Origin: Felis catus
Taxonomy: Eukaryota
DNA length: 64,000 bases
Assembly: GCF_018350175.1 (NCBI RefSeq)
Contig: NC_058380.1
Location: 45,694,001 to 45,758,000 of the forward strand
Reading direction: 5' to 3'
The position numbers and the translations under genes were made by a program. This document shows, one piece after another, positions 1-11,363 of this stretch. Numbering within the stretch: position 1 is the first letter of the stretch; each line of letters starts with the position of its first letter. The notes under the pieces were generated by a model. That model saw only the letters and a program-made list of their open reading frames with translations, was not told where the DNA came from and did not search any database.

Positions 1-1287
1 TGCATAAATGGCCAGATACACTTTTCTTTCTCTTCCTCATTTTCTGACTGTGCTGAACTCTCTTCTTTCTGATGCTGAGCCACTGGGATAAGCATCAAAG
101 AGCTTGCTCACTTTTAAAACAGAAATAGACTGAAAAATAAAAGTTTCTTTGAAATCCGTATTAGTGTTGAGGGTTTTCATCAATCTCGCGTGACTGGTGA
201 CAAGTGTAGCTTAGACAGATTCAATATGGCAAAAAGAACACTAGTTATACATTCAGAACTGGCTGTGAGTCCTATCTCTGCCACTCGCCACAGCCTGGAT
301 GAGTGTCCTTGAAGATATCACTTCGCACTTTGATCTGAAAATCATTCCTCATAGCAGCTCCAGTGAGATTCTGGGTGAGAGAAAACTTTGCAAAATGCTG
401 CCCAAGAATGAGTGGGTTTTACGATTAGGTAGTAGATATGGGATCCCAGGGGGCCGAGAAACTCACAAGGGAATGGTTTGCTGACATTTTCTGTGTGGCA
501 GCTGAACATACTTCCCCCAAAGGATCCTCATATGGTGAGAATGCCATACAGCCCTCCACCTAGATGGCCATCTTTGTCTGTCCTAAGCTAAGAATTTGTC
601 TTTCTGAGGCTGGAAGGAGCGGAGTATGATGAATGAGTAACTTGCCCTTTCAGATTCATTTAAAGATTTTATCAGACTTCTGTTTCAGAAGGGACTTGCA
701 TAAGGGGGATGCAGAGTGGGGACACAGTGATCCATCTAGCTTGGAAGATTGTGCAGTGGTGATGCTTTTGGCCCTCTTAGTGACATCAAGAGGAGAGGCA
801 TCATTAGGCTTTTATTTTGCCACACCTGGAGCATATTAATGACTGATGATAAACTGGAAGAACCAGGCACAGTAACACCCATGTCAAGGACAGTCAGTGG
901 TTCTAAACTTTGGATCATCCTTGTTGTGACTCCAAGGCTGCAGCTCACATTCAACAAGATGCCTGTGTTCAAACATGCTGTCTATGTCAGCTACAGTCTA
1001 GGAGATTGGCTTCTAACTGTGCTTTCTGTCTCAGAAAAATGGGCAAGATTATGCTAATTTTAAAGTCAGAAAGACCTGGATTCAATTTCAGGTAGTATTT
1101 TGAACCATTTGAACTGTAAGGAGAATTATTTAACCTAAGTCTGTATTTTCTCATCAGTAACAACTCCTACACGCAGTTGTAGTGAGGGTTTCTCCATGCC
1201 TGACACACGGTTGCCTCATAGACACTCTTGTTTATGGGCAAGACATGGGCAGGACAGACTGATGAATTTTAGAAACTAAAGAACACA

Positions 1288-1522
1288 GGGGTGCCCGGGT
1301 GACTCAGTGGGTTAAGCGTCGCACTTCAGCTCAGGTCATGATCTCACAGTTCATGGGTTCGAGCCCCGTGTTGGGCTCTGTGCTGACAGCTCGGAGCCTA
1401 GAGCCTGCTTCAGATTCTGTGTCTCCCTCTCTCTCTGCCCCTCCCCCACTTATACTCTGTCTCTCTCTCTCTCTCTCTCCCTCTCAAAAATAAATAGACA
1501 TTAAAAAAAATTTTTTTTAATG
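1288..1522 (+). mobile_element. CAN-SINE
   Basis: tRNA-derived head, CT tract, A tail; TSD AACTAAAGAACACA. Confidence 0.9.
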
Positions 1523-1913
1523 AACTAAAGAACACAATCACAGCCCTGAGGTTAAGAATGCTGGCAAAAATCACCATCAACCTTTTTCAGTCCCTAAAGC
1601 CCCTTGGGAGACTAAAGTGCCTAAATTTCCTTTGGAGGACCAGAGCAGGAATACTGGTGACACCAACAAAGGACACCTCAAAGGGTCCAAATTGTTATTC
1701 CCATTTTTCAACTGATTGTAAATTTGTCTGATCATAAAGTGTATAATATCAACTATTCTATAATAATGCAGATTTATCATTTTTTATTGTTCACACTTTT
1801 CAATGAGGACAATGAACTTTAGAAATATTAAATAATTTATCCAAGGCCACACAGTTACCAAGCAATGAAGATTCGAACCCAAGATAGTCTAACTGAAAAT
1901 TCCAACCACTCTA

Positions 1914-2127
1914 GAGGTGCCTGGGTGGCTCAGTTGGTTAGGCGTCTGACTTCGGCTCAGGTCATGATCTCACACTCCATGAGTTCGAGCCCCATGTCAG
2001 GCTCTGTGCTGACAGCTTGGAGCCTGGAGCCTGTTTTGGATTGTGTCTCCCTCTCTCTCTGACCCTCCCCCGTTCATGCTCTGTTTCTCTCTGTCTCAAA
2101 AATAAATAAACATTAAAAATTAAAAAA
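1914..2127 (+). mobile_element. CAN-SINE
   Basis: Typical body; TSD AAATTCCAACCACTCTA. Confidence 0.9.
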
Positions 2128-2515
2128 AAATTCCAACCACTCTAATTATGTTATGCTACATTATTGACAATGAACAGATTTTCTGGAAGATAAAGGAGAG
2201 GAGCAAGCATGCTACCATTCATTCCTTATAGAGTTACTCCTACTTGGCACAATTCTTGAGTTCTGAGTGTCATTGTCTGGGTTCACATAGTCCAGCTTTT
2301 CCCAGAACATTGCTGAATGTGCACCCAGATATCTGGGGATGTGGAGATGTCTGTAGTATGTGCTCCTCTAGCTGCCTAATGGGGATATTTTCAAGTTGAA
2401 GCACCATTGGCAGTGAGGGCGGCTAGTACATCCTGATCAACTCCTTCTACCCTATATACATTGCCCAGGGAGCAGAGGTGAATGGATAAGATCTCTCAGC
2501 CTAAAGCTTTCAAGT

Positions 2516-2753
2516 ACAGTAAAACTTTGCGAGCATAATTTATTCTGGAAACCTGCTTGTAATCCAAAGCACTCATATATCAAAGTGAATTTCATGAACC
2601 ATTGGCTCAGTTGCGATCACATGACATTCGGCGTCACATACTACTTGTATTGCAAGACAGTGCTTGTTTATCAAGTTAAAATTTATGAGAAATGTTTGCT
2701 CGTCTTATGGAACACTCCCAGAACAAGTTACTTGCAATCCCAAATTTTACAGT
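2516..2753. mobile_element. Tigger-like (TcMar) non-autonomous DNA transposon
   Basis: TA-CAGTAAAA...TTTTACAG-TA ends; its right end reverse-complemented matches the start of the 8826 element. Confidence 0.65.
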
Positions 2754-2857
2754 AGTTAACAACAGGCCAGAAGTAATCTGCCAGAGTCTTACAAGCCAGG
2801 AGAGAGTTTGAATGGGGACTGATTTGTAAGAGGGACCTCAAAAGAACTTCCAATCCA

Positions 2858-3055
2858 GGGTTGCCTGGGTGGCTCAGTCGGTTGAATGTCCGACTTCGGC
2901 TCAGGTCATGATCTCACGGTTCGTGGGTTCGAGCCCCACATCAGGCTCTGTGCTGACAGCTCGGAGCCTGAAGCCTGCTTCAGATTCTGTGTCTCCCTTT
3001 CTTTGCCCCTCCCCTGCTCACGCTCTGTCTCTCAAAAATAAATAAATGTAAAAAA
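2858..3055 (+). mobile_element. CAN-SINE
   Basis: Typical body; TSD AAAAGAACTTCCAATCCAG. Confidence 0.9.
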
Positions 3056-3329
3056 AAGAACTTCCAATCCAGAAGCTGTGTGTTTCAACTTTAACCTATG
3101 CCCTTGGAAATCCCTGCGAATCTCCCTTTTAAAGGGCCAATAATACAAACACCCATGCCTTCTTCTGTTAGGTCTCTTGCCTGGTTTTCATTTGTGGAAT
3201 CAGATCTGCACTCAGCATTTTTTGGATGCAAAAGCAAGAAAATTGGCCATTTCTTCTAAAGAACAGCATTAGTGCACATAGTTTAAAAATTAATAGTAAA
3301 TTTAGTAAATAGTAAATAGTAAATTAAAC

Positions 3330-3735
3330 TTGTACCTTTTCCCCACTGGTGACAAAATTACACTCCCTCTCCCAGTCTCTTTACAGTTACATGTGGCCAT
3401 GTGAATGAATCCTGGCCAACTGAATGTGGGTGGAAGTTACGTTTGCTCTGTGCAGATCTGGCCCTTGAAAATATGCCCATGTGATCAATGGTACTTTTTC
3501 TTTTTACAACTAAGTGGAAGAAGCCCAAACACCACAGCCATATTTAAAGTCACATATTGAAGGCACTAAATAGAAGGTAGCTGGATCCCTGAGTCACTGT
3601 TTGAGGGAGAACCTACCAGAAGAGTCATTTGTTCAGTAATACTTGCATTGAAGTGTTACATGAAGGGAAGATAAACATGTGTTATGTTCAAAATACTGAT
3701 ATTTTCATTTGTATCTGTTTGAACATCTAACATTA
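3330..3735 (+). mobile_element. MLT1-like (MaLR) LTR remnant
   Basis: CAGTTACATGTGGCCATGTGAATGAATCCTGGCCAACTGAATGTGGGTGGAAGT and GGATCCCTGAGTCACTGT are typical MLT1 phrases; a paralogous remnant lies at about 49810-50230. Confidence 0.55.
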
Positions 3736-3775
3736 TCTTCACAGAAGTCTGTAACAAAATAATGTAAAGAAGGTT

Positions 3776-3866
3776 TTCAGATTCTAGGGACATAAAATTT
3801 CAGATTCTAGGGACATAAAATACCCTCCATTATATTTCAGATTCTAGGGACATAAAATACCCTCCA
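3776..3866. repeat. Short local triplication
   Basis: TTCAGATTCTAGGGACATAAAA occurs three times. Confidence 0.8.
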
Positions 3867-3991
3867 AAAATTTGAAAAGATAAATGAAAAATGTATTATC
3901 ATAGGTTATTTTTTAAAGAAACAGATCATTTACTTTTCTGAACACTTTTTGGAGACTTTATACCTAAAATATAGTTTTGATCTCAGATCTC

Positions 3992-4206
3992 TTATTATTT
4001 TTTTAATGTTTATTTTTGGTAGAGACAGAGTGCAGGCAGGGGAGGGGCAGAGAGAGAGAGAGAGGGAGACACACAGAATCCGAAGCACGCTCCAGGCTCC
4101 GAGCTGTCAGCACAGAGCCCAATTTGGGACTGGAACTCACAAATGGCGAGGTCATGACCTGAGCCAAAGTCTGATGCTTAACCAACCGAGCCACCCAGGC
4201 GCCCCT
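3992..4206 (-). mobile_element. CAN-SINE
   Basis: Reverse-complement body ending CCACCCAGGCGCCCC. Confidence 0.88.
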
Positions 4207-4324
4207 GATTTCAGATCTTTTATAGCTGGTGCAGAAAACCAGTGCAGATTGCTTTCTTTCATTTGACAAACAAAAATACAGTGATTAGAGAGTCATGAAA
4301 ATAATTTTCTCATTTCCTGATTGT

Positions 4325-4850
4325 TTTGGAATGTATTGAAGAGGGAAAAGCACACTTCAGCCATCCCTCTAGAAACCTCCAAGGCTCAGCAGCTACTTTC
4401 CTTGCTCTTTAGACAGTTGCTGATTCCTTGAGAGTGCTTTTAGGTACCTTCAAGTAAGCACAAACCAGAAGAATTTCTACTTTCGTTTTCTGCTGTTGTT
4501 CCAGACGTCCTTGGGAGTAATGTAACCAGCAGACCCACTCCAAGCCGTGCTGTAGTTTTCTGTGTAAACAGGTTGAAGATCTGTATTGTAGTCTTTGTGG
4601 GACAGCTTGAGAATCTGATGGCAGAAACAGGTGGCTTGTGCCTTCTGGCTGTTGATATCTATTTTGTGGTGGGAAAAAAAAAAAAAAAAAAAAAAAAAAA
4701 ACCAAACCCAGGTCCTGTTATCCTGGCGTGACTGAGAAGCTATCATTTTCAGATATCTCAAAAGCATGATTTCCTGTTTTTCACAACCATCAGATTCAGG
4801 GGGGCTGGCACAAAGCATCACCAGCACCATTAGCCAATAGATTATGTCAC
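4325..4850 (-). pseudogene. Type I IFN pseudogene, IFN-delta-like
   Basis: Stitched frames read IYWLMVLVMLCASP...EKQEIMLLRYLKMIASQSRQDNRT...QKAQATCFCHQIL...QIFNLF...KSKESSC*ALEVSRGMAEVCFS; start codon is GTG; 28-nt A run at 4674-4701 and several frameshifts. Resembles porcine IFN-delta (MAQIYLVMAGVMLCS...) from memory. Confidence 0.7.
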
Positions 4851-6035
4851 TGCGTTCTGTGATTCCGCAGGCCGTAGTGAAACACGCGTGGACAGCAATC
4901 CGCAGCGCCTCCAGGGCCCCCTCGCTGCGCCCCAACCGCCAGAAGGGGGCGCCCAAACTCTTCATAACCGCCCGACCCACATTTTCCTCAAAGTCCCACC
5001 TTATTTCTGTCTCCACTTCACAAACAAGCTTCCCAAAATAATTTCCTATACACAGTGCCAGTAATTCCTCTTCTTGTGTTTCCTCTTCAACCTACACCCA
5101 TCTGGTTTCTGCCTCATTAATTGCACTAAACCAGATCATGCTAAGGTCCCCTATGGCGTCTGCTTTCAGACCCCCTGGGCAGTTCGTCTGCACCTACCCT
5201 GCGAGCACCACTCTGACCCCTCTTCCCTGTGGGGGTCTCTCCCCCCATGTGTTATCGTCCCCATGTGTCCTTCCAGCTGGACTGGCCACACCACCTCTGT
5301 GCCCCTGGCAGACTATCCTCTGCTTGACCTCCAAATGCTGAGGGTCTGCAGGACTACATTTAGGTCTCTTCTCATTGCCCACTCTACTTAGAAGTGACCA
5401 TATCCAGCTAATTTTTTCATGGCACTCGGGTTCAGGTGCACACTGAAACACTAAAGAGCGGAAGAGAGCCGACTTGTTAGAATGTGGTTCAGCTCAAAAG
5501 ACCTCACAGGTTGGAGGATGGGACAAGATCTATCCCTGCAAACTAGGCATTACGTGAGCATCCTCACCAAGCTGGAGGAATCCAGCTGCCTCCCAGGGTG
5601 AATACCGGTTGTCCTGATGGTGATACGTTCACCTAGCTTATGATGCCCACTGACGTACCCTGGGTCGAACTCCTGGAAAGAGTTAAGGATGGAGCAGTTT
5701 GTTCTTGTATGCTACCCAAAAGCCTCCAGAGTTAACAGGTATGGTTTACCCATAACCTGCTTATTTCCTTAGAGGCCCAGCACCTTGTCTGGAGCCCAAG
5801 AATGATTTGAGGGACCCTCAGCCATTTCTCTGCTCAGCTCCAGTCTGAAATCAGAGGTCTAAAGAGAGAATAAGGCATGTATGTAATGGGAATCCAGTTC
5901 TTCAAGAATATCAAAAGCGAATTTTCAAGTCATATTTTTGTACAACCTAGCTGTTGCAATTAACATACAATTGTTTCAGCCTTTCTAAATCAAAGTTTAA
6001 CCTTCAAAAAAAAAAAAAAAGAGTGACCATATCCA

Positions 6036-6190
6036 GGGGTGCTGGGTGGCTCAGTTGCTTGAGGATCCGACTCTTGATTTTGGCTTAGGTCATGATCCCA
6101 GGGTCATGGGAACAAGCCTCGCATCAGGCTCCACACTGAGCATGGAGCCCGCATAAGATTCTCTCTCTCTCTCTCTCTCAAAGACAAAAA
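6036..6190 (+). mobile_element. CAN-SINE (older subfamily)
   Basis: GGGGTGCTGGGTGGCTCAG...GGTCATGATCCCAGGGTCATGGGA...CT tract. Confidence 0.8.
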
Positions 6191-7069
6191 TTACCACATC
6201 CATTCCCATGTGCTCATTCCCAATTATGTAAGAATCTCAAATTAATACCACCCCCGCATAGCATTTGTTGTTCATTGCTGACCCCTATGCCCAACAGCCA
6301 GCAAGACTTCTGCAATTATGTATTTCCCAAGTGCTCTAGAAAGGGTATCCATGTTCCCCCGTCTCAAAATTATTGTATTTAAAGCTCCTATGTAAGAATA
6401 ACATTTTCCTTTACATCATTTTGTGTTTTTTAATATAATTAAAAATTTTAAAATATTTATCCTCTTTTAATGCCTCTTTCCCTGTGAGACTAAAACTTTT
6501 GACACAGAAGTTGCCATGTTCGATTTACTCGGCTGTGCTTTGTGAAGGTGATTCTGTATCTGCCGTCTTGATGTCCTGTTTACATATGACATGAACTGAA
6601 AGGATGAGTAAGTAGATGAATACCACCATCCATTCTTCCATTTGGTTTAGAAAAACCAAGATTTGGATTTAGGGTTTCAGAATAAAGAGACTCAAGAAAT
6701 TGTCTTTCATAAGAATTTAATAAGACAAAATACATATTTAATAAAATAGAAAGGTGAATATGATTTATCAATTTTAATACAGTATAAGGTAAATATCTTT
6801 CATATCAAAATATAAAAATAAATATGATAAGCTACAAGAATAAATAAATAACAATAAATAAATAACATCAGGGCAATCATCTCTTAAGGACTGATGATCC
6901 TGAAGCCGGATTTTTTTTTTTTTTTTTACATATTCTTGCTTAATACTACTCACAAACTATTTGTGGAATTAAAGTCAATAAATTTTGTGATGAAGGCTGC
7001 AGTGACAGTCTCTTGAGGTGAGCAGACATAGTGCAGGGTGATGTGGCACGTGAATCATTGAGAATCACT

Positions 7070-7660
7070 TCAAGGTGACCCCAGGTCTCCATCCTTGATG
7101 GCCAAGCTGTCTTGCAAGGTCGCCGAGGAGGACAAGGCTCTCATGATTTCCAGCCTGACAATTTCCCAGGCGCAGTCACTGTATCCCTCGTCCTCCAGGT
7201 AGACGCGGATGTCCTGGAAGTACCTCTTGATGGCCAGGACAGGGCCGTGCATCCCCGGGGCGCGCTCTCCCTCGCCCGTGGCCTGCAGCAAGCAGGCGTC
7301 CAGGGCTTCCAGCTGCCGGTGGAGGCCAGAGCGGAGTCCGTGCAGCGGCGCGGGGCTCCAGGCCGCCGAGGAGCGCTCCGTGTGCAACAGGTTGAAGGTC
7401 TGCTGGAGCAGCTCCCGCAGGACGGCGGCGGCGGCCTGGGCCTCCCGGAGCTGGCCGCCCTCCAGCATCTCCCGGGGGAAGCGGAAGTCTTTTCTGGCCC
7501 GCAGGCACAAGAAAGGGGACAGTCTCCGCATCTGGCCCAGGAGCACCAAGTTGTCCCTGCTAACCTGCGCGTGGCTCCCAGGCAGGGCACAGCCCAGAGA
7601 GCCTCCAGGGCGGCAGGTGAGCAGCGCCAGGGCGGTCAGCAGAGGGCGCAGGAGAGCCAT
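7070..7660 (-). CDS. IFNW: Interferon omega (felid type), 196 aa, intronless
   Basis: ATG at 7660 gives MALLRPLLTALALL...SLG|CALPGSH; type I IFN motifs CLRARKDFRFP, KRYFQDI, YSDCAWEIVRLEI and an omega-type C-terminal extension (KDGDLGSP). The ORF-track start at 7747 lies 6 bp from the TATA box and is not used. Confidence 0.95.
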   Translation of the reverse strand: MALLRPLLTALALLTCRPGGSLGCALPGSHAQVSRDNLVLLGQMRRLSPFLCLRARKDFRFPREMLEGGQLREAQAAAAVLRELLQQTFNLLHTERSSAAWSPAPLHGLRSGLHRQLEALDACLLQATGEGERAPGMHGPVLAIKRYFQDIRVYLEDEGYSDCAWEIVRLEIMRALSSSATLQDSLAIKDGDLGSP

Positions 7661-7749
7661 GGGGAAGCCGAGGGGGCTGCTGGCAGGGCTGAGCTGGGCG
7701 GCTGGGGGACCTCGGGCCGAGGTTCTCTGAGGACCAAGTCGAAGCATGG

Positions 7750-7835
7750 CTCTTAAATAGGGAACGCGGACAATTTCATTTTCTGAACATCCTCTCCACT
7801 TCTACTTCCTTTTTTTTTGTTTTCATTTATGCATT
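7750..7835 (-). promoter_or_regulatory. IFNW promoter: TATTTAA box and GAAA-rich virus-responsive element
   Basis: TATTTAA at 7753-7759; GAAAATGAAA at 7774-7783; further GAAGTAGAAGTGGA and AATGAAAA tracts (minus strand). Confidence 0.75.
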
Positions 7836-8825
7836 CTCCTTATTGTGTAAGAAGATGTCATCAATCTAAAATACTACGTTGGCAATGGAAGCTTTATTTC
7901 CCAATAAACTTCTGATATGTGCTTCCCAATGGACACTTATCAACCAAACGAGAAACGTCTTTGTCCTAAAGACTGGAGTGATGTAGGCATGTAGGTACTC
8001 ATACACACACCTGCTCGCATATATGTTTTCATATATGAACATTGCTCTTTGTATTAGAAAGAAACTTTGGCCTTGATCGTGGACTAGGTTTTTACCCTCT
8101 TTACTTCATACAGAGACAGGCTCCTTCACTCCTATGGGTTTTTGTATCTTGCTAGGTTCTGACCAGACCACGTATGGTAAATAAGCTCTTTAGAACCAAG
8201 ACTGGGTTTTAATTACTGTTGTATTCACATTAGAGGCTTGTGGTGATAAGTGAATGAGTTTCTTGGATGTTTCTCTTCATTCTAGAAATAATTGATGCAG
8301 GTCCATGCAGTTATGCTTCACTCGGGTCAAGACTAATACAGACACTATCCTTCTGCCATTTTGTAACCCGTCTACAGTGCTCCTCAGGCTGTGCCAGTGT
8401 CCCCAGCAGGAAGCCCGCTTCTGGTCTGGGACGTGTAGCTGTGAAGATTCTAATCCCAGATCATTTTATTTTCTCAGCAAATCCTCACTTGCAAGGTTGT
8501 TATCACCTCTACTAACGTTCCTCTGGAGTGACTGAGTGTCCTCAACCCAACCTCTCCTGGACTGGCACACCTTGTCCTGAGGACATTAGAATTCCTCTGC
8601 TGTGGAGAGGCTAGGTTCTTTGTTAGCAAAACAGGTAATGCCCCTAGATCCTTGCCCTTGTCCCTGGAGTGTTTGTGTGAGACACCCTAGTTTTCAGTGG
8701 TGACCCCTTCTTTTCCTGAGCAGGTATCAAAGTGTCAACAGCCCTCCGATGCTGAGGGTCACAGTTAGTTTCCTCTAAGTAGGGGAGTGACCCAACTGTA
8801 ATCATTTCACCTTTAGTAAGCAAAT

Positions 8826-9310
8826 ACAGTAAAACCTTGGATTGTGAGTAACTTGTTCTCTGAGTGTTCATCAAGAGGAGCAAACATTTCTAATAAATTT
8901 TAACTTGATAAAGGAGCGACGTCTTGCAGTAAGGGTAGTAGGTGATGCTGAGTGTCACATGATCACCACTGAGCCAATGGTTCTCTCTTTCTCTCTCTCT
9001 CTCTCACACTGCTGGATTGTGGGTGATCCTCTCCCATGCTCAGATGCTCGGTCTCAGGCCACGGTGTTTGGCAGAAATTTGGGATTTTTCAAAATGTTGG
9101 AAGGTGTCCACAACTGGCTCTCGTGTATTTTTTGTCATTTCTAAGCACCTGTGGACAGTCCTTTGTTTTTCCATACAAGAGGAAGCTTAGGAATTCTTTG
9201 CTTCATTCTAGGTCAGGCTGCCTGCAGATATAGACCCTTCTGCTGCTGCCTTACTGCCAGTTACATTATATACAGTAGGCGGCAAGAGTTTATTAATACT
9301 GTACTGTAGT
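8826..9310. mobile_element. Tigger-like DNA transposon fragment
   Basis: Starts TACAGTAAAACCTTGGATTGTGAGTAACTTGTT at a TA site; absent from the paralogous position about 31678. Confidence 0.65.
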
Positions 9311-9314
9311 CAAC

Positions 9315-10525
9315 AGCTTCCAGCACAGAAACTAGCGACTCTCCGTTGTCCATTCAGTCTGGGTATTTCTCTTTGGCTTCTTAGTCTGTTCATCTGTCTG
9401 AGGGTCAGAATGCAGGGGGTGAGGCCCCGGCTATTGTGTCAGGGAGAAACAGCCTTCTCGCCTTTACTTACTCGTGTTATTTCATTTTAAATTTAAAAAA
9501 CAACAACAAAAAGAATTTTGATGACTTGGTTTTTACGCAGTGGTTTACTGGACATTGTCTTGCTCTTCCTGCATCATGTTTTATATCATCCGCAGGTTAA
9601 TACAAAGGCAAGTAAAAGAATGAGGGGCTGCACCACTTTTCTCTATATTTCCAAGATATCAGGTTTTTGGTTTTTTGTTTCCCATTTCAACTCTCCTAGA
9701 AAGCAAAACACAACAATTGTGTTGGGCAAAAGAAAATATAGGTCTGAATGTCATGAAAACGAAAAAAGGGAAGTGACTTGTCTGCTGGCAAAAAAAGCAA
9801 AGGGCTGGTTAACACAATCGGTGCAGCAAACTGGGGGCCCGGAGCTCTGGCAGAGGGAAGAGTGAAGGCCACACTGAATTCCCCCAAATCAGGAAAATAG
9901 CTGCTTTGGCCTGAGGCTCAAAGGAGAGAGCTGGCGGATGGTGATCACTCCCTTCGCCCGCCCGGGCCTCCCACCCTGAGACTCGGTTCTCCAACACTTT
10001 CGAGTGTTTAACACTTAATACCTCTGGGATTGAAACCGAATATGGCTATAGAGAGTTTCAGGGCAATACTCAGTCCTTGTCATAGACAGCGTTAGAATCT
10101 GTTGTTGCCAGCTGGTAGCTTTTTGCAGCTTGAGGGGACATCCTCAAGAAGTGGCGGGATTTCTGCAGGGATCCCAAGCCAGCCCTCCAGTCTTGGTCGC
10201 TGCCCTTGCTGCACGTGGCCACCAGGGGGTGGTCTCCTCTGAGAGGAGCTTCGTTAGCCCACCCTTGAACCGGATCCTCCTTTCTGTCTTTTTCGCCACA
10301 AGTGCTATTACATCACATTTGACGGCAGTAAATAAAAAGGATTTCTTGAAGATGTTTCTGCAAAACTTAGGGATTTCATCTGAGTTTTAGTTTCTACTTG
10401 TGACATGCTGCTCTTCAGGGAAACGTTTAAGCTTAGACCACAACAGACCAGAAAGTTGCTGTGTGAAGAGGCTGGTAGTTGAAGGGAGTGAGTGACAGGG
10501 TGTGTGGGGACTTCCTTCTGGGACA
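9315..10525. repeat. Near-identical segmental paralog of about 31801-33015
   Basis: Few differences by eye; identical 63-aa spurious ORF in both copies. Confidence 0.88.
10216..10234 (+). promoter_or_regulatory. Candidate CTCF site
   Basis: TGGCCACCAGGGGGTGGTC vs consensus TGGCCACCAGGGGGCGCTA. Confidence 0.45.
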
Positions 10526-11150
10526 GGGAAGAAACGATTAGGACAGGGGAATGTATCCTGTAATGCTGGGGGTGGGGCAGGTGCCAGAATATTAATGAAA
10601 CATTATATTCTTCTGTACTCCCATCTAGATACTTATTCTTGAAACTCAGATATTAATACAAGCCACCTTTCCTCATTAAATATAAATAAGACACTTCTTT
10701 GAAATGAGGAATGAATCAGTCAGCCTTATCTAGAAATCATGACAGATTTCTGTTTATTTAGGCTGCCTCCTTTGAAGGTCAGTTACTGAAAGGTAGGACA
10801 CACAGTAAGAATTTTGCAGAAAGAGACAAACACTATTCTCATTTATAGCCACTGTATGAAGAAAAATAAGGACATACGAACCATGTTTTCAATTGTTACT
10901 CTATGGAAGATGTGATGCTTGGTGCCTTTCAAGTGCCTGAGTTCAGTTATTATTTAGAACATTCTGTTTAATTGTTAAATTTTTTTTTTCACTCCTGAAT
11001 TATACACAACTCACATTTTCTCTATGGATTTCTGTTATTCATGTTGTGTTTTCAGCTGATTTTAACCAGTTTTTTTCATTGCCTTAAATACTAAGAAACG
11101 CAATGCCTGACCCAGCTTCCCACTCTCATGTGAAGAAAGTCTGTTAGTCC

Positions 11151-11363
11151 TTTTTTTTCAAAGTTTATTTATTTAGTTTGAGAGAGAGAGAGAGCGCACA
11201 AACATGAGTTGGAGAGGGGTAGAGAGAGGGAGAGAGAAAATGTCAAGCAGGCTCCATGCTGTCAGCATAGAGCCCAACACCTGGCTCATCTCATAAACCT
11301 TGAGCTCATGACTTGAATTGAAAACTAGAGTTGGACGCTTAATCGAGCATCCCCAGGTGCCCC
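11151..11363 (-). mobile_element. CAN-SINE shared with paralog at 33893
   Basis: Same flanks (AAGTCTG...TC) in both duplicated cassettes. Confidence 0.82.

Noticed and set aside
4477-5016. 179-aa ORF as an intact IFN-delta
   Set aside because: GTG start, poly-Phe from an A-run, and the frame leaves IFN homology before the C-terminal helices.
7661-7747. 29-aa N-terminal extension of the first IFNW (225-aa ORF)
   Set aside because: The ATG lies 6 bp from the TATA box, upstream of the expected start site, and is out of frame in both paralogs.
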